Of a stretch of DNA of 64,000 bases, positions 51,416 to 62,699 are shown in pieces (positions within the stretch are counted from its first letter, which is position 1; every line of letters starts with the position of its first letter). Origin of the DNA: Mustelus asterias (taxonomy: Eukaryota); assembly GCF_964213995.1 (NCBI RefSeq), contig NC_135808.1:41540001-41604000 (forward strand), written 5' to 3'. Made by a program: the position numbers and the translations under genes. Below the pieces are notes generated by a model, which searched no databases, was not told where the DNA came from, and saw nothing but the letters and a program-made list of their open reading frames with translations.

Positions 51416-52608
51416 AATGCTCAATCTATACTTGCCCCAATGAACCTGTGGAATTCACTGCCACTGAAGGCTGGTTCTATGAATCACAAGAAATTCCTTT
51501 TTCAGCACCATCTCCCGATCTTGTGTCTTTTTATCCATTCCCAGATTTACTCAGATTAGTGTGCCATTAAGGGGAGAGAGGGAAAGCAGGGAATTATAGA
51601 CCCCTGAGCCTAAAGTGTGTTGAGAGGAAAGGATGAGAGTCTATGGATTAGCGAACACCAAGGGTTAAATTTTCCTGTGCCACCCACCACAGGAATCGTA
51701 GTGGACAGGACAGAAAATTCAGTGGACCATGCAAACGTCCGTTGACCTCTAGCGGGAATTTCCAGCCTTGGGGCGAACATGGTCAGAAAATCGCACCATA
51801 AATCTTTTCAGCTGATCAGAGAGCCAGCATGGACTGGATTGTTGTGGACGATCTCTGTCGCATTCCATTGAAGTCAGCCTTACCCAAAACGCGACTCTTT
51901 GCTGTTTCTCCCTTTCAGCACTGTATGAACCCAATCATATTATGATCACTATTAGATCAATGTTCAAGTGCTGTTAGATTGTTAATTTTATCTGTCTCAT
52001 TACTAAACCTGATATGCTTGGTTCTAGGATTTGTATTGGAAAACTATGCCACAAACATTTGAGAAATTCAGTCTGTCTGATATGTGCGTACCTGCTTTTC
52101 CTAATCTCTATGAAAGAACAAACCTCTCACACCCACCGTCTTTGCAACCTGTCTAATCGCAACAGCTGTACCAGTGTCAATGCACAGCTCCCAGTCCAGT
52201 CTTAAATCCTTTTCCATTTTTTCATTCTACTCAGAATGACTCCACTCCCTGCCTATCTCTCATTATATCCTCTCTGATTTTATCCATAATCATTAAGGTT
52301 ACACCACCCTCTCTATCATTTTCCTGATCTTATTTCTGAGTATCTTTAATTCCTGATCATCGAGCCGCCATGCCCACCAGGTCATACCCTCCAAGATGAA
52401 CTTAAACTTCCAATTCATACAACGGATGCTCTATGTTTGTAGAAAGATGCTTATCTGGGCGAATCCATTACTTCTCCAACCAATCCAATGATTCAATATC
52501 ACTATATCTCTCCAAATGCAACTATTTAACTTTGTGAAGTTGTGCCATTCCTTGTAGTTCCTGAAGTTGAAAGATCGCAACCCTCCCCACCAGTTGTCCA
52601 TTTCCTAC

Positions 52609-52713
52609 CTTTCTTTCTGTACAGGACGACACCCACAACAGCGAGAGCGACAAGCACCAGGACAGCAATGACAATGCCAATAATAACTGGGAGCATGGAG
52701 GCAGGTTTTGGTT
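52609..52713 (-). CDS. UAA: MHC class I exon 5, connecting peptide and transmembrane domain
   Basis: EPKPASMLPVIIGIVIAVLVLVALAVVGVVLYRKK; hydrophobic run followed by a basic stop-transfer motif; 105 nt, AG/GT borders. Confidence 0.93.
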
Positions 52714-52920
52714 CTGAGGGGAAAGAGAGTCACATAACAGGGGTCAGGAACACCATACAGCACAAAGACCAATCACATGGTAATATATGAAAATACTGGG
52801 AAGTCAATGAATATCCTGGATATGAGTCCCACTGAGATACAATGAACTCCTTCACAGGGCTCAGCACTGACCCTGTCTCCCAGACAGACTGGATCCTCAC
52901 ACATGGGGAGATGGTCTTAC

Positions 52921-53181
52921 CATAAAACACCACCAATGTCTGGCTCAGCCCGGCATGATCCACCACACAGGAGAACTTGGCCGGGTCGCTCGGTTCAAAG
53001 TCGGTCTGTTTTTCCATCTGGTAAGTGCCATCGTGGTTGGGGCGGACCCCACTGGAATATTCATCGGCAGCTGCCTGACCTCGGCGCAGTTTCAGCTCGA
53101 TAGACTGAGGGTAGAATCCAGTGGCCGCACAGGAGAGCTTCTTACTGTCACCCAGCCGGGTGAAGGAGACGGTGGGAGCAA
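52921..53181 (-). CDS. UAA: MHC class I exon 4, alpha3 C1-set Ig domain
   Basis: LSCAATGFYPQSI...VRPNHDGTYQ...FSCVVDHAGL; 261 nt, AG/GT borders. Confidence 0.96.
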
Positions 53182-53235
53182 CTGAGAGAGACACAGATTA
53201 AAACAGGAGCAGAGAGACCCGGCACAACGGAATAA

Positions 53236-53714
53236 ACCCCCCGGACCCGGACACCGGACCCCCCGGCCCCGCGGGGAGCGGAGCCCCGGACCCGGACCCC
53301 CGGGGAGCGGACCCCCGGACCCGGCCCCGCGGGGAGCGGAGCCCCGGACCCGGACTCCCGGGGAGCGGAGCCCCGGACCCGGACTCCCGGGGAGCGGATC
53401 CCCCGGACCCGGCCCCGCGGGGAGCGAACCCCCCGGACCCGGACCCCGGACCCGGACCCCCGGGGAGCGGATCCCCGGCCCCGCGGGGAGCGGACCCCCG
53501 GCCCCGCGGGGAGCGGAACCCCGGACCCGGGGGGAGCGGAGCCCCGGACCCGGGGGGAGCGGAGCCCCGGACCCGGGGGGAGCGGAGCCCCGGCCCCGCG
53601 GGGAGCGGACCCCCGGCCCCGCGGGGAGCGGACCCCCGGCCCCGGACCCGCGGATCCACGGCCCCGCGGGGAGCGGAGCCCCGGCCCCGCGGGGAGCGGA
53701 CCCCCGGCCCCGCG
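53236..53714. repeat. GC-rich minisatellite filling class I intron 3
   Basis: Variable 22-30 bp units built from GGGGAGCGGA(C/G)CCCCGG(ACCCGG)CCCCGC. Confidence 0.95.
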
Positions 53715-53723
53715 CTCACTCAC

Positions 53724-53996
53724 CGGGTCTCAGTTGACTCTGTCCGTACTGCAGGTATTTTTTCAGCCACTCGATGCAGGTTCCCTCCAGGTAACCCTTC
53801 TTCCGCTGATTGAATCCCGGAATACCATCCCACTTCTCCTTGGTGATCAGCCCCCACGGGACCGGGGTGACCCACACGCTCCGCTCCGTATCGAAGCTGA
53901 GGAAGTCTTTCCCGTCCCAGCCGTGCTGATTAAATCCCCGGGTGCTGCCGTCATCCCGCAGCTCACAGCCATACATCCGCTGATTGATGTGGATCC
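53724..53996 (-). CDS. UAA: MHC class I exon 3, alpha2 domain
   Basis: IHINQRMYGCELRDDG...GWDGKDFLSFD...ITKEKWD...GYLEGTCIEWLKKYL; both Cys present, 273 nt, AG/GT borders. Confidence 0.96.
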
Positions 53997-54168
53997 CTGT
54001 CAATCACACAGACAGCCAATCACAGACAGGGACAGGAAACCCCGCCCACCAACAGACTGAGACAGCCAATAGAAAACAGCGGATTGAAGCCCCGCCCCAC
54101 TCCCGCCAGCCAATCAGGTTTAAGAGGAGCCGGGGCTCAGTGGGGGGGGGGGGGAGATGGACACTCAC

Positions 54169-54431
54169 CGCCGCTCTGATTGGTCCGCTCCGAGAGAATC
54201 TGAATATTGACTTTTCCCGTCTGCTCCGCGCCCTGCGCCGCTTCTGTGTCTCCCGGTCCCAGTAATCCGCTCCCACACTGTCCGCCATCCAGCGCTGCCG
54301 GGGAACATCCCTCTGGGTGTTACTGTTATATTCATCAATCACCAGCTCGTCCACATAACCAATGGACACAAACTCCGGCACACCGGAAATCGGGGTCATT
54401 GATGTGTAGAAATACCGGAGAGAGTGAGAGC
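54169..54431 (-). CDS. UAA: MHC class I exon 2, alpha1 domain (frameshifted)
   Basis: TTTTCCAG acceptor; [28 protein letters not shown]...DYWDRETQK, then after a 2-nt shift [23 protein letters not shown]|GTGAGT. Length is 263 nt, not a multiple of 3. Confidence 0.93.
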
Positions 54432-54469
54432 CTGGAAAACACAGAGAGATCAGGACAGGAACTCAAATC

Positions 54470-56796
54470 ACCCCCACATCCCTCCCCAACCCCGACACAC
54501 ACACACCCACCCCTACACCACCCCTACAAACACCCCCCACCCCCCACACACACCCCACCCCCTACACACACCCCCACACCAACCCCAACCCCCACACACA
54601 CCCCAACCCCCACACACACCCCAACCCCCACACACACCCCAACCCCTACACCCACACCCCACCCCCTACACCCACCCCCTACACCCACCCCCTACACCCA
54701 CCCCCACACACACCCCAACCCCCACACACACCCCAACCCCCACACACACCCCAACCCCTACACCCACACCCCACCCCCTACACCCACCCCCACACACACC
54801 CCAACCCCCACACACACCCCAACCCCCACACACACCCCAACCCCTACACCCACACCCCAACCCCTACACCCACCCCCACACACACACCCCAACCCCTACA
54901 CCCACCCCCACACACCCCCACCCCTCCCCCCACCCCTCCCCCACCCCCACACCAACCCCTACACACACACACCCCCACCCCCACACACACCCCACCCCCT
55001 ACACACACACCCCACCCCCTACACACACACCCCACCCCCTACACACACACCCCAACCCCTACACCCACCCCCACACACCCCCACCCCTCCCCCACCCCAA
55101 CCCCTACACACAGCGCCACACACACACACAGCCCCACACACACCCCACCCCGTACACACACACCCCAACCCCTACACCCACCCCCACACACACCCCAACC
55201 CCTACACCCACCCCCACACACACCCCACCCCCTACACACACCCCCACACACACCCCAACCCCTACACACACCCCAACCCCTACACACACCCCCACATCCC
55301 TCCCCAACCCCTACACACACCCCAACCCCTACACACACCCCCACACCAACCCCGACACACACCCCCCACCCCCCCAACCCCTACACACAGCCCCACACAC
55401 ACACACACCCCCCACCCCCTACACACACCCCCACACACACACACACCCCCAACCCCTACACACACCCCCACACCCCAACCCCTACACACACCCCCACACC
55501 CCTACACACACCCCCACACCCCAACCCCTACACACACCCCCACACACACACACACACCCCCAACCCCGACACACACCCCCACACCAACCCCTACACACAC
55601 CCCCACACCAACGCCGACACACCCCCCCACACACACCCCAACCCCTACACTCACCCCCACACACACACCCCACCCCCTACACCCACCCCCACACCCCACC
55701 CCCTACACCCACCCCCCCACACACACCCCACCCCCACACACACCCCCCACCCCTACACACACCCCCACACCAACCCCGACACACCCCCCCACACACACCC
55801 CAACCCCTACACCCACCCCCACACACACACCCCACCCCCTACCCAACCCCTACACACACCCCAACCCCTACACCCACCCCTACACACACACCCCACCCCC
55901 TACACCCACCCCTACACACACACCCCACCCCCTATACCCACCCCCACACACACACCCCACCCCTACACACACCCCAACCCCACCCCTACACCCACCCCCA
56001 CAGACACCCCCCACCCCTACACACACCCACACACACACCCCACCCCTACACACACCCCCACACACACACCCCACCACCACACACACACCCCACCCCTACA
56101 CACACCCCCACACACACACCCCACCCCTACACACACCCCCACACACGCACCCCACCCCTACACCCACCCCCACACACGCACCCCACCCCTACACCCACCC
56201 CCACACACACCCCAACCCCCACACACACCCCAACCCCTACACCCACCCCCACACACAAACCCCACCCCTACCCAACTCCTACACACACCCCAACCCCTAC
56301 ACACACCCCCCCACACACACACACACCCCCACCCCTCTCCAATCCCCACCCCCACACACCCCCACCCCTCCCCAACCCCGACACACAGACCCCCACCCCT
56401 CTCCAACCCCCACCCCCACACACCCCCACCCCTCCCCAACCCCGACACACAGCCCCACACACACCCCAACCCCACCCCTCCCCAACCCCGACACACAGCC
56501 CCACACACACCCCAACCCCCACCCCTCCCCAATCCCGACACACAGCCCCACACACACCCCAACCCCCACCCCTCCCCAACCCCGACACACAGCCCCACAC
56601 ACACCCCAACCCCCACCCCTCCCCAACCCCGACACACAGCCCCACACACACCCCAACCCCCACCCCTCCCCAACCCCGACACACACACACCCACCCCTCC
56701 CAAACCCCGACACCCCCCCCACCCACACACACACACCCGCCCCACCCCAACCCCTACACCACCCCCCCCCCCCCCCCCAACCACACACACACACAC
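54470..56796. repeat. 2.3-kb C/A-rich degenerate satellite in intron 1 (G/T-rich on the transcript strand)
   Basis: Permutations of ACACACCCC, CCCCAACCCC and CCCCTAC; almost no G on the plus strand. Confidence 0.95.
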
Positions 56797-56975
56797 AGAG
56801 AAAGGAGCAGAGACACAGCCAGCTCTCCCTGTCTCTCCTCACTCCGCTTCATCACCAGCAGCCCCGGTGCAGGATCAGTCTGTCTCTCCCACTGAGCGGC
56901 TCCCTCAACCCAACACAACCCAGAGAACAGCTTCCCAACATCACTGTCCCCACACTGAACCCTCCAGCCACCACC

Positions 56976-58666
56976 CACCACACAGCCCCCTGTAAATAAA
57001 CCCCAACACAACACACAGCCCCCTGTAAATAAACCCCAACACAACACACAGCCCCCTGTAAATACACCCCAACACAACACACAGCCCCCTGAAAATAAAC
57101 CCCAACACAACACACAGCCCCCTGTAAATACACCCCAACACAACACAGAGCCCCCTGTAAATAAACCCCAACACAACACACAGCCCCCTGTAAATACACC
57201 CCAACACAACACACAGCCCCCTGTCAATAAACCCCAACACAACACACAGCCCCCTGTCAATAAACCCCAACGCAACACACAGCCCCCTGTAGATAAACCC
57301 CAACACAACACACAGCCCCCGTAAATAAACCCCAACACAACACACAGCCCTCTGTAGATAAACCCCAACACAACACACAGCCCCTGGAAATAACCCCCAA
57401 CACAACACACAGCCCCCTGAAAATAAACACCAACACAACACACAGCCCCCTGTAAATAAACCCCAACACAACACAGAGCCCCCTGTAAATAAACCCCAAC
57501 ACAACACACAGCCCCTGGAAATAAACCCCAACACAACACACAGCCCCCTGTAAATAAACCCCAACACAACAGACAGAACCCCCTGTAAATAAACCACAAC
57601 ACAACACAGCCCCCTGTAAATAAACCCCAACACAACACACAGCCCCCTGTAAATAAACCCCAACACAACACACAGCCCCCTGTAAATAAACCCCAACACA
57701 ACACACAGCCCCCTGTAAATAAACCCCAACACAACATACAGCCCCCTGTAAATAAACCCCAACACAACATACAGCCCCCTGTAAATAAACCCCAACACAA
57801 CATACAGCCCCCTGTAAATAAACCCCAACACAACACACAGCCCCCTGTAAATAAACCCCAACACAACACACAGCCCCCTGTAAATAAACCCCAATACACC
57901 ACAGAGCCCCTGTAAATAAACCCCAACACAACACACAGCCCCCTGTAAATAAACCCCAACACAACACACAGCCCCCTGTAAATAAACCCCAACACAACAT
58001 ACAGCCCCCTGTAAATAAACCCCAACACAACACACAGCCCCCTGTAAATAAACCCCAACACAACACACAGCCCCCTGTAAATAAACCCCAACACAACACA
58101 CAGCCCCCTGTAAATAAACCCCAATACACCACAGAGCCCCTGTAAATAAACCCCAACACAACACACAGCCCCCTGTAAATAAACCCCAACACAACACACA
58201 GGCCCCTGTAAATAAACCCCAACACAACACACAGCCCCTGTAAATAAACACCAACACAACACACAGCCCCCTGTAAATAAATCGCACACACAACACACAG
58301 CCCCCTGTAGATAAACCCCAACACAACACAGCCCCTGTAAATAAACCCCAACACAACACAGAGCCCCCTGTAAATAAACCCCAACACAACACAGAGCCCC
58401 TGTAAAAAAACCCCAACACAACACACAGCCCCCTGTAAATAAACCCCAACACAACACACAGCCCCTGTAAATAAACCCCAACACAACACACAGCCCCTGT
58501 AAATAAACCCCAACACAACACACAGCCCCCTGTAAATAAACCCCAACACAACACACAGCCCCTGTAAATAAACCCCAACACAACACACAGCCCCTGTAAA
58601 TAAACCCCAACACAATACAGAGCCCCCTGTAAATAAACCCCAACTCAACACACAGCCCCCTGTAAA
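56976..58666. repeat. 33-bp minisatellite, ~51 copies, intron 1
   Basis: Unit ACACAGCCCCCTGTAAATAAACCCCAACACAAC. Confidence 0.97.
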
Positions 58667-58918
58667 TACTACCAGTTCACCCAAGCGGTGAATAATGGAA
58701 CTGTACCATCCAGTTCCACCTCTAACATCACCCGACCTCACCCTGTCTCAGCTCATCGGCTGCTGAAACCCTCACTCCTGTCTCCATTACCTCCAGAGCC
58801 GACTGTTCCAACACATTCCCACCTTCTAACCTCAGTACACTGGAGGTCATCCAAAACTCAGCAGCCTGAATCTGAACCCGGACCCGTCACCTCGAGAGTT
58901 GCTGACAGATGCTGACAG

Positions 58919-59210
58919 GGGCGGCACGATGGCACGCTGGTTAGCACTGCTGCCTCACAGCACCAGGGATACAGGTTCGATTCCGGCTTGGGTCACTGTG
59001 CGGAGTTTGCACATTCTCCCCGTATCTGCATGGGTTTCCTCCGGGTGCTCCAGTTTCCTCCCACAGTCTGACAGATGTGCTGATTAGGTGCATTGGCCAT
59101 GCTAAATTCTCCCTCAGTGTACCCGAACAGGTGCCGGAGTGTGGTGACTGGGGGATTTTCACAGTAACTTCGTTGCAGTGTTAATGTAAGCCTAAATAAA
59201 CTTTACTTTA
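58919..59210 (+). mobile_element. SINE with an HE1-like head and a different 3' tail
   Basis: Same tRNA-like head, but the 3' part reads GTGCCGGAGTGTGG...GTAAGCCTAAATAAACTTT. Confidence 0.75.
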
Positions 59211-61270
59211 AAGATTGGGTCCCGGCCCACTAAGTCTGCACCGACCACAATCCCACCCAGGCCCCATCCATTTACCCTGCTAATCCCCCGAACTCTAAGG
59301 GGCAATTTAGCATGGCCAATCAACCTAACCTGCAACGTCTTCATGTGAAAACTCTCTCCTTGTTTTCAAATCCCTCCATGGCCTCACTCCTCCCTCTCCT
59401 CCACCCCCACAACCCTCCAATCTAACTCCGCTCCTGTAATGTTGTCTCCTCAGCAACTCCGATTTTAATCGCCCCGCCATTGTTCACCAGCTCTTCAGCT
59501 GCCTGGACCCAAACCGTCTGGAATTCCCTCCCTTAAACCTCTCCCCCTCTCTGCCTCAGACAATCCTTAACCACTACCTCTGACCAAATATTTGTTATTC
59601 TGGCCTAATATCTCCTTATGCAGCTCACTGTCGCAGCTCGTGCTGGAATGTTCCTGTGAATCTCCACAGGACATTTTATTGTGTTGAAGGGGCTATATAA
59701 ATACAAGTTGTTGTTGTAATCTTTACCTGTTTACAATTTTTTATTGACAGAGACAAACACGAACCCCCCAACCCAACAACAGAGTGTGAATTTACCCCGA
59801 TTGATCGGATCACAAGTGAATTCCTGATTAATACCCACTGCCTGAACACAATTGAACACTCAATTAATTTACAATGAACAGAAAGGGTTTAGAGACAGAG
59901 AAACTGCTCCCTCTGGTGGGAGAAACATGAACAAAGGACATCATCTCAAAATGAAACCTCGGCCATTCAGGAGGGAAATCAGGAAACAGTTTTTCACATA
60001 AATGGTGGTGGAAATCTAGAACATTCTCTTCGTAAAGCTGTGGATTTTTGGGGTTAGTTAAAGCTTTCAAATTGAGAAAGACTTTTATAAAACAAAATAC
60101 TGAATCAGTAGGAAAACTGAATTGAAAATAAAAAATGCTGGAAATACTCCGCCCAGTTTCTATAGAGTGAGAAACAGAGAATGTTTCAGCTTGATGATTT
60201 TGATCAGAATCATAGAATCCCTACAGTGCAGAAAGAGGCCCATTGCGTCTGCACCGACCACAATCCCACCCAGGCCCTATCCCCATAACCCCATGCATTT
60301 ACCCTAGCTAGTCCCCCTGACACTAAGGGGCAATTTAGCATGGCCAATCCACCTAACCCGCACAACTTTGGACTGTTGGGGGAAACTGGAGCACCCGGAG
60401 GAAACCCACACAGACATGGGGAGAATGTGCAAACTCCACACAGACAGTAACCCAAACCAGGAATTGAACCCGGGTCCCAGACGCTGTGAGGCAGCAGTGC
60501 TAACCTCTGTGCCACCGTGCCGCCTGTTAAGAATGTTAAATCTGTTTCTCTGTCTATTGATAGCTTCATATTGAGGGTCACAGCAAAGGTGGATCAGCCA
60601 GGGGTTAACCGGCTGGTGAAAGAGGATCGAGGCTCTCCTCTCGCTGTGTTTCTCTGTCTGAACTCATTCTCCAGCCTCGTCTCACTAAACCTTAGCCCTC
60701 AGCACCATTTCTCGCTCACTCTCCAGCCTCGTGCCACGAACCCTGAGACCTCCAAACTATCTACCCCTCTGTAGACTCATCACCCTAACCCTCAGGGCCC
60801 CCTGCACTCTCTCCCTCTCCAGATCAGTGTCCTTGATTCTTAGACCCACTTCCCCATGCAATTCCCCTCTTACCGCTCTCTTTCTCCCCTCACCCAATCT
60901 GGTACAGGGATCATCCCTGACCCCATTACCCACAGATTGAGGGTTAATTGAATCCCTACAGTACTGAAGACCATTTGGCCCATCAAGTCTGCACCAACCC
61001 TCTGAAAGAGCACTCTCCCTTGGCCCAGTCCCTTACTGTCTTCCCATAACCCTGCGCATTGATCATGACCAATCAACCTAACCAGCACACCTTTGGAGAG
61101 TGGGAAAAAACCAGAGCACCTGGAGGAAACCCAGACAGACACGGGGAGAACGTGCAAACTCCACACAAGGCCGGAATTGAACCCAGGCCCCTGGTGCTGC
61201 TGTGAGACAGCAGTTCTAATCACTGTGCCAGTACCTAGACACTGAGGCGCTCTCAGATCCCATTACTCAC

Positions 61271-61319
61271 CTGCAGAGACCCCTCCACAGAGAAGGGTCA
61301 ATAGAATTAACCTCAGCAT
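61271..61319 (-). CDS. UAA: MHC class I exon 1, signal peptide (MLRLILLTLLCGGVSA-G)
   Basis: ATG at 61319, hydrophobic 16-codon leader, G|GTGAGT donor in phase 1 that joins exon 2 to give GSHSLRY; SXY promoter lies about 280 nt upstream. Confidence 0.88.
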
Positions 61320-61595
61320 TGTTGCCTTGGATGAAGAGTTTGTGAGGAATTCTGTGCTCAGTACCAATCCTGCTCTTTCTCTATCCTGTTCATAGCCTCT
61401 GTTTTTCCCAGCGTGTCCCTCTGCACCCCAGTGCTATCTGCATTAAACTCAGATTCCTCCACACTGATTGGTTCACTGGGATATCAGTGTCCAATTAGAA
61501 TAGAAAGAGCCAGTGCATCATCAGTCTCCGGGTAGAAGAGTCCTGGACAAGTTGAGTTCCATGTCAAAATCAACTTTCCATTGACGGTGCTGCAT

Positions 61596-61680
61596 CCAAT
61601 CAGAGAATTACTGTTAACAACATCATCAGTCACCAGGGAGAATAAACTGCAGCAGGTTAGAGAATTGAACAAGAAACTGA
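61596..61680 (-). promoter_or_regulatory. MHC ISRE-like plus S-X-Y promoter module
   Basis: On the gene strand: TCAGTTTCTTGTTC (ISRE-like, 61667-61680); AACCT S box (~61654-61658); 16 nt gap; X box CCTGGTGACTGATG (61624-61637); 20 nt gap; Y box CTGATTGG (61596-61603). A further CCAATCAG lies at 61464-61471. Confidence 0.75.
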
Positions 61681-62699
61681 GAGTACTGTGATTCATAGAA
61701 TCCCTACGGTGCAGAAAGCGGCCATTCGGCCCATTGAGCCCGCACTGACAACCATTCCACTCAGGCCCTATTCCTGTAACCCCACACATTTACCCTGCTA
61801 ATCCCACTGACACTAAGGGGCAATTTAGAATGGTCAATCAACCTAATCTGCACATCTTTGGACTGTGGGAGGAAACTGGAGCACCTGGAGGAAACCCACG
61901 CAGACACGGGGAGAACATACAAACTCCACATAGATCAGAATTGAATCCAGGTCCCTGACGCTGTGAGGCAGCAGTGCTAACCACTGTGCCGCCTACAACA
62001 TGACAGAGGGAAAAACAGTCAGAGCAGGAGTAGGCTACTTGGCCTCCATTTATCCCACTTTCTGCCATTTAAGAGGCCACTTAAGAATCAACCACATTGC
62101 TGTGGGTCTGGAGTCACATGTAGGTCTGAACAAGTAAGCATGGTAGATTTCCTTCCCTAAAGGACATTACTCAACCAGATGGATTTTTATGACAATCGAC
62201 AATGACTTCACGGTCATGGGACTGCTAATTCCAGATTTTCATGATATTGAATTCAAATTCCATCATCTGTCAAGGTGGGATTTGAACCAGGTCTCCAGAA
62301 CATTACCCTGGGGCTCTGGATTACTATACCAGTGACAATACCACCTCCCCACCGAATCAATCTTTTTATCTAGGCTAATATATTACCCCCTACACCATGA
62401 GGTCTTACCATTCAGGGGAGGGGGGAGGAAGGGGGAGGAAGGGGGAGGGAGGGGGTGGACACTGAGGGAGGGAGACACTCTGGAGGAGAGGGAGGCTCTG
62501 AGGGGGAAACACAGAAAATAAAAGCAGAAGTGGGCCATTCAACCCTTTGAGCCTGCTTCACTATTCAATATGCTCATGGCTGACCATCCACCTCAACTCC
62601 ATACTCCTGCGCTCTCCCCAAACTCCTTGATACCTTTAGAGTCTAGATAGCTATCTATTTCCTTCTTAAATATATTCAGTGATTTGGCCTCCACAGCTT

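Larger units (their letters stand above)
53200..54431. other. CpG island over intron 3, exon 3, intron 2 and exon 2
   Basis: Visibly high GC and CpG density compared with the CpG-poor flanks. Confidence 0.7.
43624..61319 (-). pseudogene. UAA: MHC class I heavy-chain gene (classical UAA-like), 7 coding exons; as assembled it has a +2 frameshift in exon 2 (null allele, pseudogene or assembly error)
   Basis: Exons 61271-61319, 54169-54431, 53724-53996, 52921-53181, 52609-52713, 43915-43947 and 43624-43670 all have GT-AG, phase-1 junctions. Removing 2 nt from exon 2 gives a 342-aa leader-alpha1-alpha2-alpha3-TM-cytoplasmic protein. Y7, Y59, R84, T143, K146, W147, Y159, Y171 and the N86-Q-S sequon are present. 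The UAA symbol is inferred from these residues. Confidence 0.85.
60207..61992 (-). mobile_element. Three HE1-type SINEs flanking exon 1 (60207-60522, ~60950-61229, 61693-61992); another partial copy at 63866-64000
   Basis: Reverse-complement family matches. Confidence 0.85.

Noticed and set aside
53148-53723. Gly/Pro/Arg-rich ORFs resembling collagen or viral repeat proteins
   Set aside because: Translation of the intron 3 minisatellite, which is bounded by canonical splice sites.
54004-54238. Novel basic C-terminus ([11 protein letters not shown]...) of the 131-aa alpha1 ORF
   Set aside because: It is the out-of-frame product of the 2-nt insertion running into intron 2; the other frame restores the class I consensus.
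56976-58666. CRISPR-like 33-bp periodicity
   Set aside because: Units are head-to-tail with no unique spacers, there are no cas genes, and the context is vertebrate.
54207-58741. Very long ORFs (930, 823, 629, 546, 494 aa) rich in P/T/H or G/V/C
   Set aside because: They are stop-free readings of satellite DNA, open in several frames and on both strands, inside class I intron 1.
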